Source of the DNA: an uncultured cyanobacterium
GTDB lineage: Bacteria > Cyanobacteriota > Cyanobacteriia > Cyanobacteriales > CAWCAG01
Assembly: GCA_963793425.1 (NCBI GenBank)
Contig: CAWCAG010000005.1
Coordinates: 1,216,001-1,280,000 of the forward strand
Direction: 5' to 3'
Length of the DNA stretch: 64,000 nucleotides
Below the pieces are notes generated by a model. The model was not told the origin of the DNA and searched no databases. It saw only the letters and a program-made list of their open reading frames with translations. How positions within the stretch are numbered: the stretch's first letter is position 1; every line of letters begins with the position of its first letter. The translations under genes and the position numbers were made by a program. This document shows positions 29,788-40,017 of the stretch, one piece after another.

Positions 29788-32202
29788 ATGAAACAACTTT
29801 CTAATAATCGTACACTTAAGAAAATAACTTCCTGGTTAACAAACAGTTTAAGCATTGCGATCGCCGCCCTAAATTATGCCCCTTCCACTTCTGCCCAAAC
29901 GCCTTTTGCTTGCGACGGAGACTTCTTCCTTTCTCAAAAAGAAAACACTCAACTAACCACAGTCAACACCAGCACAACTCCTTTTCGCCTACCTGTCATC
30001 AGTTTTCCTGCCCCATCAACAACTCCCAGAGAATATAATGCAATGGGCTTTCGGGTGCAAGATGGCTTTATCTATGCCATTGAACCTGGTGATCCTGTCA
30101 GAGGAATTGATAACCCTGCTGATTCCTATGAAATCTTTCGCATCGACCGCAAAGGAACTGTTACCCCTATTGGTAAGCCTCTAGGTTTACCCTTGCAAGC
30201 TCCAATTCCCAATACCAATAATAGATACATAGCTGGGGATTTTTCAGGAGATGGAACTTACTACATTTACAACAACAATACCGGAAAATTGGTGCAAATT
30301 GATGTTACCAAGAGGCCGCCGCAAATTCTCCAGGTGAGAGACTTGCAAAGACCAGGAGGAGGCTTTCCTAAATTTTCAGATATGGCTTACAGTCCAGTAG
30401 ACGGTAAATTTTATGCCTATGACCAATTTGAAGGTCGGTTACTGAGGTTTGACCCAGAACAAGGTAGCACTGTTACCGTAGAATACTTAAATGGAGTTAC
30501 TAATCCTATTGGTAATCGCTCTGTGGGGGCAACTTTTTTTGACGGTGCGGGTACTCTTTACGCTTATCAAAATGAACCAGGGCTACTGTACAGCGTCAAC
30601 GTTTTAGATACCCCAGTTAAATATACCTTCCTTAGTAATGCCCCCAGTGTTGATTTTAATGACGGTGCAGCTTGTCCTTTTGTACCACGCATCATTAAAA
30701 CCGTTGATCCTCCTTCTGTAATAGCAGGGAACAACGTTACCTACACTTACTTAATTACTAACCCTAACCCTCCCGAAAGACCTATAACAGGTTTGACCAT
30801 AACCGATACTATGGCAAATGGTCGTAAATTTCTTGAACCTCCTCATGTAAAAATTGTTAGGGGGCAAGGAGGTAGTACAGGTAATGTAATTTTAAGCAAC
30901 GACAATCGTACTTTTACCATCACAGGCTTAACCCTTCCTGCTGCCAATGCCAAAACTGTAACCCCAGGACAAGTTCAAATCACCGCCCAAGTTAATGTTC
31001 CGGTTACAACTCCTCCTGGCACTGTTTTTAACCAAGCTATTGTCCGTAACCTTCCTGGGGGGAGTTTTCCTGATAGCATTGGGTCAGACTTTCCTGGGGC
31101 GGGGGCCGTACCAGACCCTACTCCTTTGGTGGTTTTAGCCCCAGCTTCTCCGGTAGGAACTAAATCTGTACGTCTGTTTGAAGATGTGGATGAAGACGGT
31201 TCAGTTACGAGAGGAGATATTTTGGAGTATGTGGTAACTTACATTAATAATAGCAGCACTAATGTTACCAACTTTGTAGCTACAGATACTCTAGATGCCA
31301 GTAGTTTGCAGTTGTCTGGGGGCTATGATTTTAATGTTTCTGGTCCTCTGGGAACTACAGTGGCTGCAAACCCTAGTTTTAATGGTACAACTATCCCTCA
31401 ACTTAATAAATCTGGTATACTTGCTGCTAATGGGGGTCAAGTTACCATCAAGTTTCAAGCAAAGATTGTTGCAGGGCCTGGAGTTGCCGTGAAAAACCAA
31501 GCTGTTGCTATTGCTGATGCGGGGCCTGGAGTACAAACCCCTTCTGTTACAGATGCTGTGGGGGGGTCAGGGGAAATCCCTCAAGAACTTGATGATGGAG
31601 AAGATGGGGGCAACTTACCTGGTACAGGAACAGGGGATGATGAACCCACAATAGTAGTTGTGCAAGAGCCTAACACCACCAGTTTATTCCTAGTTAAACG
31701 CATTACCAATGTGGTTAGAGATGGTATATCGCTACCAGGAGTAGATTTCCAAAGATTTGTTGACAATAAGAGCGATCCTAACGATACTGTTCCTGGTTGG
31801 TCTGCTAGTCTTCCTTTCGGTTTGCTTACTGTTGAACCAGATAACACTCTACAAAGCGGCGATTTTGTAGAATATACCATTTACTTTCTCGCTAGTGGTT
31901 CCCAAGCTGTCGAAAATGTCAAGATTTGCGATGCTGTACCTCAAGGTACTACCTATGTTCCGAGCAGTATTTCCTTGACTCTTCCTCCGGCAGGTTCTCA
32001 AAGTATTGCCCAAACCGATGCTAAAGGAGACGATGCAGCAACTTTTGTCAAATCCTTAGACTTAAGTTCTCCTTTTGGTTCTCCTCCTTGTCTTGATAGC
32101 AAAAATATTAATGGTTCCTTAGTTGTAGATTTGGGTTCAACTCTTTCTAACAGCAATCCTCGCAATGTTGGTTCAGTAAGTTTTCGAGTTAAGGTTAATT
32201 AA
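29788..32202 (+). CDS. Paralogous secreted adhesin-like DUF11 protein
   Basis: Same architecture as 26721-29201 (FACDG...NDGAACP; IIKTV, GTKSV, LVKRI; SDFPGAGAxPDP; GDDEPT). Confidence 0.82.
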   Translation: MKQLSNNRTLKKITSWLTNSLSIAIAALNYAPSTSAQTPFACDGDFFLSQKENTQLTTVNTSTTPFRLPVISFPAPSTTPREYNAMGFRVQDGFIYAIEPGDPVRGIDNPADSYEIFRIDRKGTVTPIGKPLGLPLQAPIPNTNNRYIAGDFSGDGTYYIYNNNTGKLVQIDVTKRPPQILQVRDLQRPGGGFPKFSDMAYSPVDGKFYAYDQFEGRLLRFDPEQGSTVTVEYLNGVTNPIGNRSVGATFFDGAGTLYAYQNEPGLLYSVNVLDTPVKYTFLSNAPSVDFNDGAACPFVPRIIKTVDPPSVIAGNNVTYTYLITNPNPPERPITGLTITDTMANGRKFLEPPHVKIVRGQGGSTGNVILSNDNRTFTITGLTLPAANAKTVTPGQVQITAQVNVPVTTPPGTVFNQAIVRNLPGGSFPDSIGSDFPGAGAVPDPTPLVVLAPASPVGTKSVRLFEDVDEDGSVTRGDILEYVVTYINNSSTNVTNFVATDTLDASSLQLSGGYDFNVSGPLGTTVAANPSFNGTTIPQLNKSGILAANGGQVTIKFQAKIVAGPGVAVKNQAVAIADAGPGVQTPSVTDAVGGSGEIPQELDDGEDGGNLPGTGTGDDEPTIVVVQEPNTTSLFLVKRITNVVRDGISLPGVDFQRFVDNKSDPNDTVPGWSASLPFGLLTVEPDNTLQSGDFVEYTIYFLASGSQAVENVKICDAVPQGTTYVPSSISLTLPPAGSQSIAQTDAKGDDAATFVKSLDLSSPFGSPPCLDSKNINGSLVVDLGSTLSNSNPRNVGSVSFRVKVN

Positions 32203-32228
32203 AATAAGTTGCAGCCGAAGAGATAATT

Positions 32229-33059
32229 ATGGTTGATTTAGAAAACAACAGTAAGCAAGAAGAATCTTTACTGTTTTTACATATTCCTAAAGCAGGTGGT
32301 TCGACTCTAACAACAATTCTTGATAAGCAATATCAGAAACAAGAAGTATATAAAATTCGTGAACTTAAAGACCTAGATATTCTTAACAATGCTGATAAGA
32401 AGAGTAAAAACCAGTTTAAAGTAATTACTGGACATTTTCCTTTTGGCTTGCATGAAGACTTGCTTCAAAAGTGTAGCTATATAACTATGCTACGGGAACC
32501 CACAGAACGTCTAATTTCTCTCTATTACTATATTCGTAGTTCTGTTGAACATCGCTTACACCAGCAAATAGTATCTAAGCAAATGACCTTAGAAGAATTT
32601 GTTAGTAGTGGCATACTAGAAACAACTGATAATTGTCAAACTAGATTAATATCTGGGCAAATGGAAGTTGAATTTGGTTGTGCTTCCCAAGAAATGTTAG
32701 CAATGGCTAAAGATAATCTTCAAAAGATGGCAGTAGTAGGAATTTTAGAGAATTTTGACGAAACTTTGGTCTTAATAAAAAAAAATTTGGGCTGGCAAGA
32801 TATTTTTTACACAAAGAAGAATATCACTAGAAGTCGTCTTTCTCAACAAGAAATACCTCAATCTACTCTGAAAGTTATAGAAGAATACAGTCAGTTAGAT
32901 CGAGAGCTTTACAATTATGCCAAAGGCATTTTAAAGCAACAAATTGCTAAAGAACAACCCTCTTTTGCTCTGGAGCTATCAACTTTCAAGTTACTTAACA
33001 GAAGTCATAAAATGTATTTTGATCTAAAGGCAAAAACAAAATCTCTAGTTCGCGGCTAA
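32229..33059 (+). CDS. Sulfotransferase (family 2-like)
   Basis: PAPS-binding motifs FLHIPKAGGST and LREPTERLISLYYY. Confidence 0.88.
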   Translation: MVDLENNSKQEESLLFLHIPKAGGSTLTTILDKQYQKQEVYKIRELKDLDILNNADKKSKNQFKVITGHFPFGLHEDLLQKCSYITMLREPTERLISLYYYIRSSVEHRLHQQIVSKQMTLEEFVSSGILETTDNCQTRLISGQMEVEFGCASQEMLAMAKDNLQKMAVVGILENFDETLVLIKKNLGWQDIFYTKKNITRSRLSQQEIPQSTLKVIEEYSQLDRELYNYAKGILKQQIAKEQPSFALELSTFKLLNRSHKMYFDLKAKTKSLVRG

Positions 33060-33083
33060 ACAGATATTTATTACTTTCTTAAT

Positions 33084-34344
33084 TCAATTTGCCACTACCG
33101 CAGAACTCTTTTTGTCAGTAACCTTTTTACTCAAAACATCCTCATATAACTGAATATAACGCTTTGTTTGTAACCTTAAAGAATATTCTGCAACAGCAAT
33201 ATGGCGACAATTCCCACTTAAATTAGTTTGCAAATCACTATTTTCTAAAACTGTGGTTATATTTCGGCACAAGTCCTGAGCATCTTCTGGATTTGCTAGA
33301 TAGCCTGTAACCCCAGTTCTTACTAATTCAGAAACACCACCAACATCAAAAGAAACTAAAGGTGTACCGCAAGCCATACTCTCTTGTAATACTAAAGGTA
33401 AATTATCATGGCGAGTAGGCAAAACAAATACATCGGCTGCGGAATAGGCGATCGCTTTTTCTAGTTCACTGGTTAAATAACCGAGATTAAAACTTTTTAA
33501 ACCAAATTCTTCTGAGGAAAAATCACCTTGATTCCCCATTGTCAAAACAATAGTTTCAGCCTTTAAAGCTTCTGGCAAATTTTGTAGTGCTTTTAATAAT
33601 AGTTCTCCCCCTTTAATAGGATTCTTTAAATCTTGCACCCCAAACATCAATACTTTTTTATCTTGGGGTATGTCAAGTTTAAACCGACATTCTTCTTTAC
33701 TTAAAGGAGAGTAAATTTCGGTATTAATTCCATTAGGAATATGCTGAATAGGAAAGCGATTGAGCATACTTTGTTTGGCTTGACTTGCTAACCACTTACT
33801 TGGGGTAACTATGGTTAATTTAGAAAGACGGTAAACTAATTTTTTGAGTTGCCATTCCCAATTAGTATTATCTTTTTTAACAGCAGGATAGCTATCTAAA
33901 TGGGGACATTTACCACAACCAGTTTTCCAGCGATCGCAGCCATAACTATAAGCACAATGTCCTGTGAAACTCCACATATCATGGAGAGTAAATACAGCAG
34001 GTTTGTTTAAGTTGAGTAAGGGCAGGGCTAAATAAGAGAATTTGCCACTATGGAGGTTATGAAAGTTGAGAAGATCTCGCTTGTTTGTAAAAGTTGTGTT
34101 TAGGAATAACAAATGAACCAACAAATTGTAAGTAATTTAAACCTAAAGATTCAGTAAAAGGGGCAATTCTTGCTTCCCAACGCATTTTACGGGGAATAGG
34201 TGCTATGTTGCTGCTTTTTGTTTGAGGCGAGGCAACAAGAAGACGGGAATTAATACCCGTTTCTAATAATCCCTGATGTAATCTATAGCCAGCAATAGCA
34301 GCACCGCCATTAATGTCAGATTGATTAATGTGTAAAACATTCAT
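33084..34344 (-). pseudogene. Glycosyltransferase family 4 (WcaC-like), split by a single +1 frameshift near 34078 (possible sequencing error)
   Basis: MNVLHINQSDINGGAAIAGYRLH...FYKQA continues in the next frame as DLLNFHNLH...TLHDMW...DNLPLVLQESMACGTP. Confidence 0.8.
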
Positions 34345-34395
34345 ATTTAGTTTTTTGCACCCTGATGTTGCCTTGGATGTTGGATGTTGAATTAT

Positions 34396-35238
34396 CTAGA
34401 TTGTGTAATTTAATTGCTTGGTTAAATCACCTGTTATACTGCGAAAGAAAGATGATGTTTCTTGCTTAAAATACTTGCGCCAATCTCCAGGAGTCCCTTT
34501 ACGATAGTGAGATAGTTGATTTTCTTCTCCTGGTTTTCTGCCACCACTAAGTTTTTTAAAAGAGTAATCCTGGAGTAAATTCAATAAAGTATCTTCTGGC
34601 AGAGGAATGTCTAAATGAGCAAACAATTTTTGCCAAGTTACAAGATTATTTGTTCCGGTGATATCTTCATATTTAATCAATTGCAAATTAGCATCCTGAT
34701 TCTGGGCTTCCTGCCAAGATTTTAGAGTCTGGAAAATTCCATAACGGTTTAGATATTTGATGCAATAAATTAATCCTTCTTCTAAAGATAAAGAGTTAAG
34801 CTTATCTCTATGAACCTTTACCAATGCCATCTCTGCATGAGAATATTTCATAGAAAAATACCAAGAAACCACAATATCCCTCGGATCACGGCTTATAAAA
34901 AAGGCTTTATATTGTTTTGGCTTAGGGATAGATTGAAAGCTCACAAAATCTAAATATAAAGGGCTAACTATAGTCCTTGTAGGTAAAGAAAACTGAATAC
35001 TTTTTTCGTGTAAGTTTCTCGGATCAAAACCCTGGGGTAGATTATGCTCGTAGTTATAGCTTACTAAGCCAGAATATTTATATACCCTGGGGTCAGATAA
35101 TATTGATTTGACCCATTGACTAGCTGTTTTCTGAACACAACAATGATAAATGTTATCTGGGACAGCTTTGTGTCTAACATCAAATCTGATTAAAGCCTTT
35201 TTAATGTTCTTTTTGAGGTTGGTTTTTAAGTTGATCAT
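34396..35238 (-). CDS. Sulfotransferase domain protein
   Basis: QKTASQW, RDPRDIVVSWYFS and RKGTPGDW motifs. Confidence 0.88.
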   Translation of the reverse strand: MINLKTNLKKNIKKALIRFDVRHKAVPDNIYHCCVQKTASQWVKSILSDPRVYKYSGLVSYNYEHNLPQGFDPRNLHEKSIQFSLPTRTIVSPLYLDFVSFQSIPKPKQYKAFFISRDPRDIVVSWYFSMKYSHAEMALVKVHRDKLNSLSLEEGLIYCIKYLNRYGIFQTLKSWQEAQNQDANLQLIKYEDITGTNNLVTWQKLFAHLDIPLPEDTLLNLLQDYSFKKLSGGRKPGEENQLSHYRKGTPGDWRKYFKQETSSFFRSITGDLTKQLNYTI

Positions 35239-35451
35239 TTTACTACCATACTAATAGCTAAAAAGCATTTACTAGATTATTCAGCTAATTCAAAGATGCT
35301 TTCCTTAAAGCAGAATGTCTTTCAAAAAAACAGAATAAAATGGCTGAATTTAATCCAGTCTGTTTGTAGCAATTAAATAATACTTCTTCCCAAGCTTTGT
35401 TAATTCAGGAAAGGTTATTTATTTAATAGTTGTAGATGCAACCAACGTTTC

Positions 35452-36402
35452 TTATGGATTAAGATCGTAGCCTATTTTTTGAGAGATTTTCTCTATCCGA
35501 GGAAATATTGCTTCAATCTGCTTATAGTTATTGCTCTTCCACTTAATTGGATCAGGTTTAGATATAGCAGTAGGACTTATCGGTGGAGCTTTTGTATAGT
35601 TTTTAACTCTACTATTGAGCTTTAAATTAAAATACTTAGCTAAATCTTCAATCACTCCCTCAAAGTTTTCTAGCAAATCTTCATAACGAACCCATTTCAC
35701 ATCTTGCGATCGCCCTTGAAAAAAGTTTAAAGGATATTCAATATGTTGTTGCCAACTCCAAGCACAAATTTGTGCTAAAGGTTGATCAATAACTGTTTGC
35801 CAATCAGGAGGAGCAGGATAAGACCAATGCTCTATTTTTGCTGTACTATCTTGTTGAATAATAGGGGTTAACTGAGGCTTACCAAAACGTTCTGCATATG
35901 ACCATCCTTCAAGCATACTAGCAATAGTAGCTCTAGGATCTCTAACTAAAAAAATGTATTGAGCAGTAGGAAAAGCTTTTGCCAAAAATTCTAGGTGAAA
36001 GCAATTAGCAATCGTTTTATCTAAATAGCGAATTGATTTTAAACCAAAAAGATAGTCACGGGGAGATTCTTGATGATGGTTTCTTAAATAGTTTTTTACA
36101 GAGTCTTCATAAATCCGTTTTCTTAAATTACGAATATTTTGATAAGATAACTGTTTTTTTCCTAGATAATCAGCAGGATCATCCATTTCTTCATAGGGAA
36201 AAATAGGCCACCAAATGTAATCCGCTTCACTTTGTAAAAAATAAAGCTCTTCAAACTGTTGTAAACAATGAAAAAGTAATGTCGATCCAGAACGTGGTGG
36301 CGAAATAATAAAAATTGGCTTCTGAAAACTATTATAAGGAGCAATATTTTCTATTTGCGTTTTAACTTTCCTTTTGATTTTTTGCCGTAATAAGCTGTTC
36401 AT
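35452..36402 (-). CDS. Sulfotransferase (family 3-like)
   Basis: IISPPRSGSTLL, LVRDPRATIAS and VRYEDL motifs. Confidence 0.88.
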   Translation of the reverse strand: MNSLLRQKIKRKVKTQIENIAPYNSFQKPIFIISPPRSGSTLLFHCLQQFEELYFLQSEADYIWWPIFPYEEMDDPADYLGKKQLSYQNIRNLRKRIYEDSVKNYLRNHHQESPRDYLFGLKSIRYLDKTIANCFHLEFLAKAFPTAQYIFLVRDPRATIASMLEGWSYAERFGKPQLTPIIQQDSTAKIEHWSYPAPPDWQTVIDQPLAQICAWSWQQHIEYPLNFFQGRSQDVKWVRYEDLLENFEGVIEDLAKYFNLKLNSRVKNYTKAPPISPTAISKPDPIKWKSNNYKQIEAIFPRIEKISQKIGYDLNP

Positions 36403-36410
36403 TACTTAAC

Positions 36411-36525
36411 TATAGCAATTCTAAGCCACATGAGGTACATAGCTTTTCCTCATGCTCCCTGCTCCCTGCTCCCTTCTCCCTAAAGCCAGGAATTTAGTAC
36501 CTCACAAGTCGTGAGAATTGCTGTA
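36411..36525. mobile_element. MITE-like element carrying CTCCCTG heptamer repeats
   Basis: Termini TATAGCAATTCT / AGAATTGCTGTA, with an inner inverted pair TGAGGTAC / GTACCTCA. Confidence 0.65.
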
Positions 36526-36613
36526 ATATACTTAAAAATTGTGATTGATAGCTAACAATTCCACTCAACTACCAACCCCAAAAAACTTAATCACAAACAC
36601 AGTTTGCTTTTTT

Positions 36614-37417
36614 TTAAATAATCGATTCAGGAACTGTATACCCTAACTTTTCCAATAACTTTTTATCTTCTTTCTCTAGAAAAACTTCCCACTCTGCTTG
36701 ACCAAAACATTCTCTCCATTCTCCTGACTGACCTTTTCTGACAAAAGAATCTGCACTGTCATTGCTGTACTTTCTGCCATATTTCCTCTCAATGTTTTGC
36801 ATATGGACAAAACTAGAATTTCCTACCGCACTGGCTATTTGCTGCGAACCAACTTCAAAACCAGCAAACTCAGCCATCTTTTTGAAAGTAGAAAAAGGGT
36901 CTTCTAGTAAATCTTCATAGCGAACCAGTAAAAAATTATCTTCCTTTCTATTTCTAGCATTAAGCCAAGACTTAATATGATCAGACCAACTACCAAAAGG
37001 ACTAGTATTGTCTGCTAAGAAATCTTGCAAAGAGCAGTTTGGCGGTAAAGATTGTTTTAAGTAGTGGAAGTAAGAAATATAAACATCCCGCCCATCCCTA
37101 ACTATATAAATAACCTTGGGAAAACTAGGGTTGAAACTTTGATGGCTTTTTATCAAGCGAGGAGAGGCAAGTGCCTTTACTTCTTCACTAAGATTACTAT
37201 CATCCGGACAATAATCATGAACATTATGAAAATTAATTAAAGGTACAGAATCAGGCTTAATTAGATTAGCAAACAAAAAGCGGGCCCAGGTATTGCCAGA
37301 CTTCGGATAAGAAACAATAAAAACATCATCTGGTTTAATTATGAAAGAAGATTTTTGTTTCTTTTCCTGAAAGTTTAACTTACGTTTGACTTTTTGTTTA
37401 ATTTTTTGCAACAACAT
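36614..37417 (-). CDS. Sulfotransferase (family 1-like)
   Basis: VSYPKSGNTW, IVRDGRDVYISY and RKGQSGEW motifs. Confidence 0.9.
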   Translation of the reverse strand: MLLQKIKQKVKRKLNFQEKKQKSSFIIKPDDVFIVSYPKSGNTWARFLFANLIKPDSVPLINFHNVHDYCPDDSNLSEEVKALASPRLIKSHQSFNPSFPKVIYIVRDGRDVYISYFHYLKQSLPPNCSLQDFLADNTSPFGSWSDHIKSWLNARNRKEDNFLLVRYEDLLEDPFSTFKKMAEFAGFEVGSQQIASAVGNSSFVHMQNIERKYGRKYSNDSADSFVRKGQSGEWRECFGQAEWEVFLEKEDKKLLEKLGYTVPESII

Positions 37418-37780
37418 AGTAATGCTACCTTCTTAAGATAAATTAGCCATTGGTAAACTAGATGAATACTAAAAGCAAAGCAACTTGTTTATTGTTCCCC
37501 CAAATCACTTTTAAATGCTGAAAGTAACCACTAAATTAAGAATTTAATTCATTCCTCAATTTTTTTCTCTAGATCAATGAAAAATCTTGTTTATTATATA
37601 ACAAGCTTCTTATTTTTAATGTTTAGCTTTTGTGGTCAAGAAACAAAATACTTGAACGGCCACTTTTGATACCCCTCTAACATCCCATTCTGTCACCCTC
37701 TTCTCTATAATTAATAAAGTAAGACTAAGGTTAGCGAGTCCACCTGCAAGAGTTTTAAAAGAGGGAGAGATTGCCTATCT

Positions 37781-38965
37781 ATGGCACAAATTGAAACTAG
37801 AACCGAACCCATGATACTTAACATGGGTCCTCATCACCCCTCGATGCACGGTGTTTTACGATTAATCGTCACCCTAGATGGGGAAGATGTCATTGATTGT
37901 GAACCTGTCATCGGCTATCTGCATAGAGGGATGGAGAAAATTGCCGAAAATCGCACGAATGTTATGTACGTTCCTTATGTTAGTCGTTGGGACTACGCAG
38001 CAGGAATGTTCAACGAAGCAATTACTGTTAATGCTCCAGAACAGTTAGCAGATATTGAAGTTCCTAAACGCGCCCAATATATTCGCGTGATTATGTTGGA
38101 ACTCAACCGTATTGCCAACCATTTATTATGGCTTGGCCCTTTTATGGCTGATGTTGGGGCGCAAACTCCCTTTTTCTACATTTTCCGGGAACGGGAGATG
38201 ATTTATGATTTATGGGAAGCTGCCACCGGACAGCGACTAATCAACAACAACTATTTCCGTATTGGTGGAGTTGCTGTAGATTTACCCTATGGTTGGATCG
38301 ATAAGTGCGAAGACTTCTGCGACTACTTCGATGAAAAAGTTGATGAGTATGAGAAGTTAATCACAAATAACCCCATATTCCGTCGCCGTCTTGAAGGTGT
38401 AGGAACTATAACTCGTGATGAAGCTATCAACTGGGGACTTTCTGGCCCTATGTTGCGGGCTTCTGGGGTTAAGTGGGATTTGCGTAAAGTTGACCACTAC
38501 GAATGCTACGATGACTTTGATTGGGAAGTTCATTGGGACACTGGTGGAGACTGCTTTGCCCGTTACATCGTTAGAATTCGAGAAATGCGCGAGTCAGTGA
38601 AAATTATTCGTCAGGCCCTCAAAGGATTACCAGGAGGCCCCTACGAAAACTTAGAAGCAAAGCGTATGGCAGAAGGAAAGAAGTCAAAATGGAACGACTT
38701 TGAGTACCAATATATTGCCAAAAAAGTTGCCCCTACTTTCAAAATTCCTGAAGGCGAACATTATGTACGCTTAGAAAGCGGCAAGGGTGAACTAGGAATC
38801 TTTATTGTTGGCCAGGATAACGTCTTTCCTTGGCGTTGGAAAATTCGTGCGCCAGATTTCAATAATCTGCAAATCTTACCTAAACTTTTAAAAGGGGTCA
38901 AGGTAGCAGATATTATGGCTATTTTGGGTAGCATAGACGTGATTATGGGTTCGGTAGATCGTTAG
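37781..38965 (+). CDS. ndhH: NAD(P)H-quinone oxidoreductase subunit H
   Basis: [15 protein letters not shown]...GSVDR; 394 aa. Confidence 0.98.
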   Translation: MAQIETRTEPMILNMGPHHPSMHGVLRLIVTLDGEDVIDCEPVIGYLHRGMEKIAENRTNVMYVPYVSRWDYAAGMFNEAITVNAPEQLADIEVPKRAQYIRVIMLELNRIANHLLWLGPFMADVGAQTPFFYIFREREMIYDLWEAATGQRLINNNYFRIGGVAVDLPYGWIDKCEDFCDYFDEKVDEYEKLITNNPIFRRRLEGVGTITRDEAINWGLSGPMLRASGVKWDLRKVDHYECYDDFDWEVHWDTGGDCFARYIVRIREMRESVKIIRQALKGLPGGPYENLEAKRMAEGKKSKWNDFEYQYIAKKVAPTFKIPEGEHYVRLESGKGELGIFIVGQDNVFPWRWKIRAPDFNNLQILPKLLKGVKVADIMAILGSIDVIMGSVDR

Positions 38966-39009
38966 AACAAATATAAACTAATATTTTCCGATACCTTAGA
39001 AGTTAATGC

Positions 39010-39030
39010 GGGTGGGCTATGCCCGCCTTT
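39010..39030 (+). terminator. Probable terminator after ndhH
   Basis: GGTGGGC-TAT-GCCCGCC followed by TTT. Confidence 0.5.
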
Positions 39031-39128
39031 AATCACTTTAATGCTCCAAAATTTACACCAATCATTACCCATATTTAACATTTTGTGTTACTATAATTAA
39101 CTGTGCGGTTACGCTTTTGAAACTTAAC

Positions 39129-39200
39129 GGGTCGCTAGCTCAACGGTAGAGTACTCGGCTTTTAACCGATTTGTTCTGGGTTCAAATCCCAGGCGACCCA
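39129..39200 (+). tRNA. trnK: tRNA-Lys (anticodon UUU)
   Basis: Acceptor stem GGGTCGC/GCGACCC, anticodon loop CTTTTAA, T-arm CTGGG-TTCAAAT-CCCAG; 72 nt; CCA not encoded. Confidence 0.95.
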
Positions 39201-39438
39201 TAAAATCTGAATCTGCTTCTAAAACTATTTATTCTTAGAAGCAAAATTGGTATAACCTTGTATATAGCTGTACCAAAGGGGTTTGCTCTGTTGTCTAGAT
39301 TTGAGTTATCTTTGGCTTGTTTACAAATATATGTTTGCTCCAAAAATTTCACCTAACTTAGTACCAAAACAGCTAAGTTAAATAATGAAAGAATCTTGCA
39401 GCAACCACTTAATATACGCTAATGGAGAAAAGTTCCCC

Positions 39439-39945
39439 ATGAACAAACCTAACCTAAGTACAGAAAGCCTTACCGACGGTACTATATCCGCAGAAGAAGC
39501 CCTAGCTAATGAAGTACTACTAGAAGAGGGTATAGCTGCTACCCATGCTGAAGTAATTGAAACTGTTATTTCTAGTCTAGAGCAAGATGATAGTGCCATG
39601 GTGAGCAAAAATGAAAATGGTCACCTCTGGAAATTTAAGTATGGCTCTGTAGAGGTGTTTGTAAGGCTGACCGGAGAGACTGAAGAAGATTTACTTACGG
39701 TTTGGTCATCGGTACTAAACTTGCCAGTTAAAGACGAAAGCGGCTTGATGCGTAAACTTTTAGAAATGAACTGGTCAGAAACATTTGAATCCTGTTTTGG
39801 TCTGGTTGATAATCAAGTTGTAGTGCTTTTTCAGCGAACAGTAGCAGAACTTTCACCAGGAGAAATCTCCCGCGCAATTACTGTAGTAGCAACAATTGCT
39901 GATGATAATGATGACATTCTTAAAGAACAGTTTGGTACAGCTTAA
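39439..39945 (+). CDS. YbjN-domain (T3SS-chaperone-like fold) protein
   Basis: LWKFKYGSVEVFV...LMRKLLEMNW...EISRAIT; ATG at 39439 preceded by GGAG. Confidence 0.8.
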   Translation: MNKPNLSTESLTDGTISAEEALANEVLLEEGIAATHAEVIETVISSLEQDDSAMVSKNENGHLWKFKYGSVEVFVRLTGETEEDLLTVWSSVLNLPVKDESGLMRKLLEMNWSETFESCFGLVDNQVVVLFQRTVAELSPGEISRAITVVATIADDNDDILKEQFGTA

Positions 39946-40017
39946 ATAAATTATTGCTGGAGAAAATAATAGTATAAAAGTACCAAATATTATCTCCAAA
40001 GATCATTTGTTGAGAAA

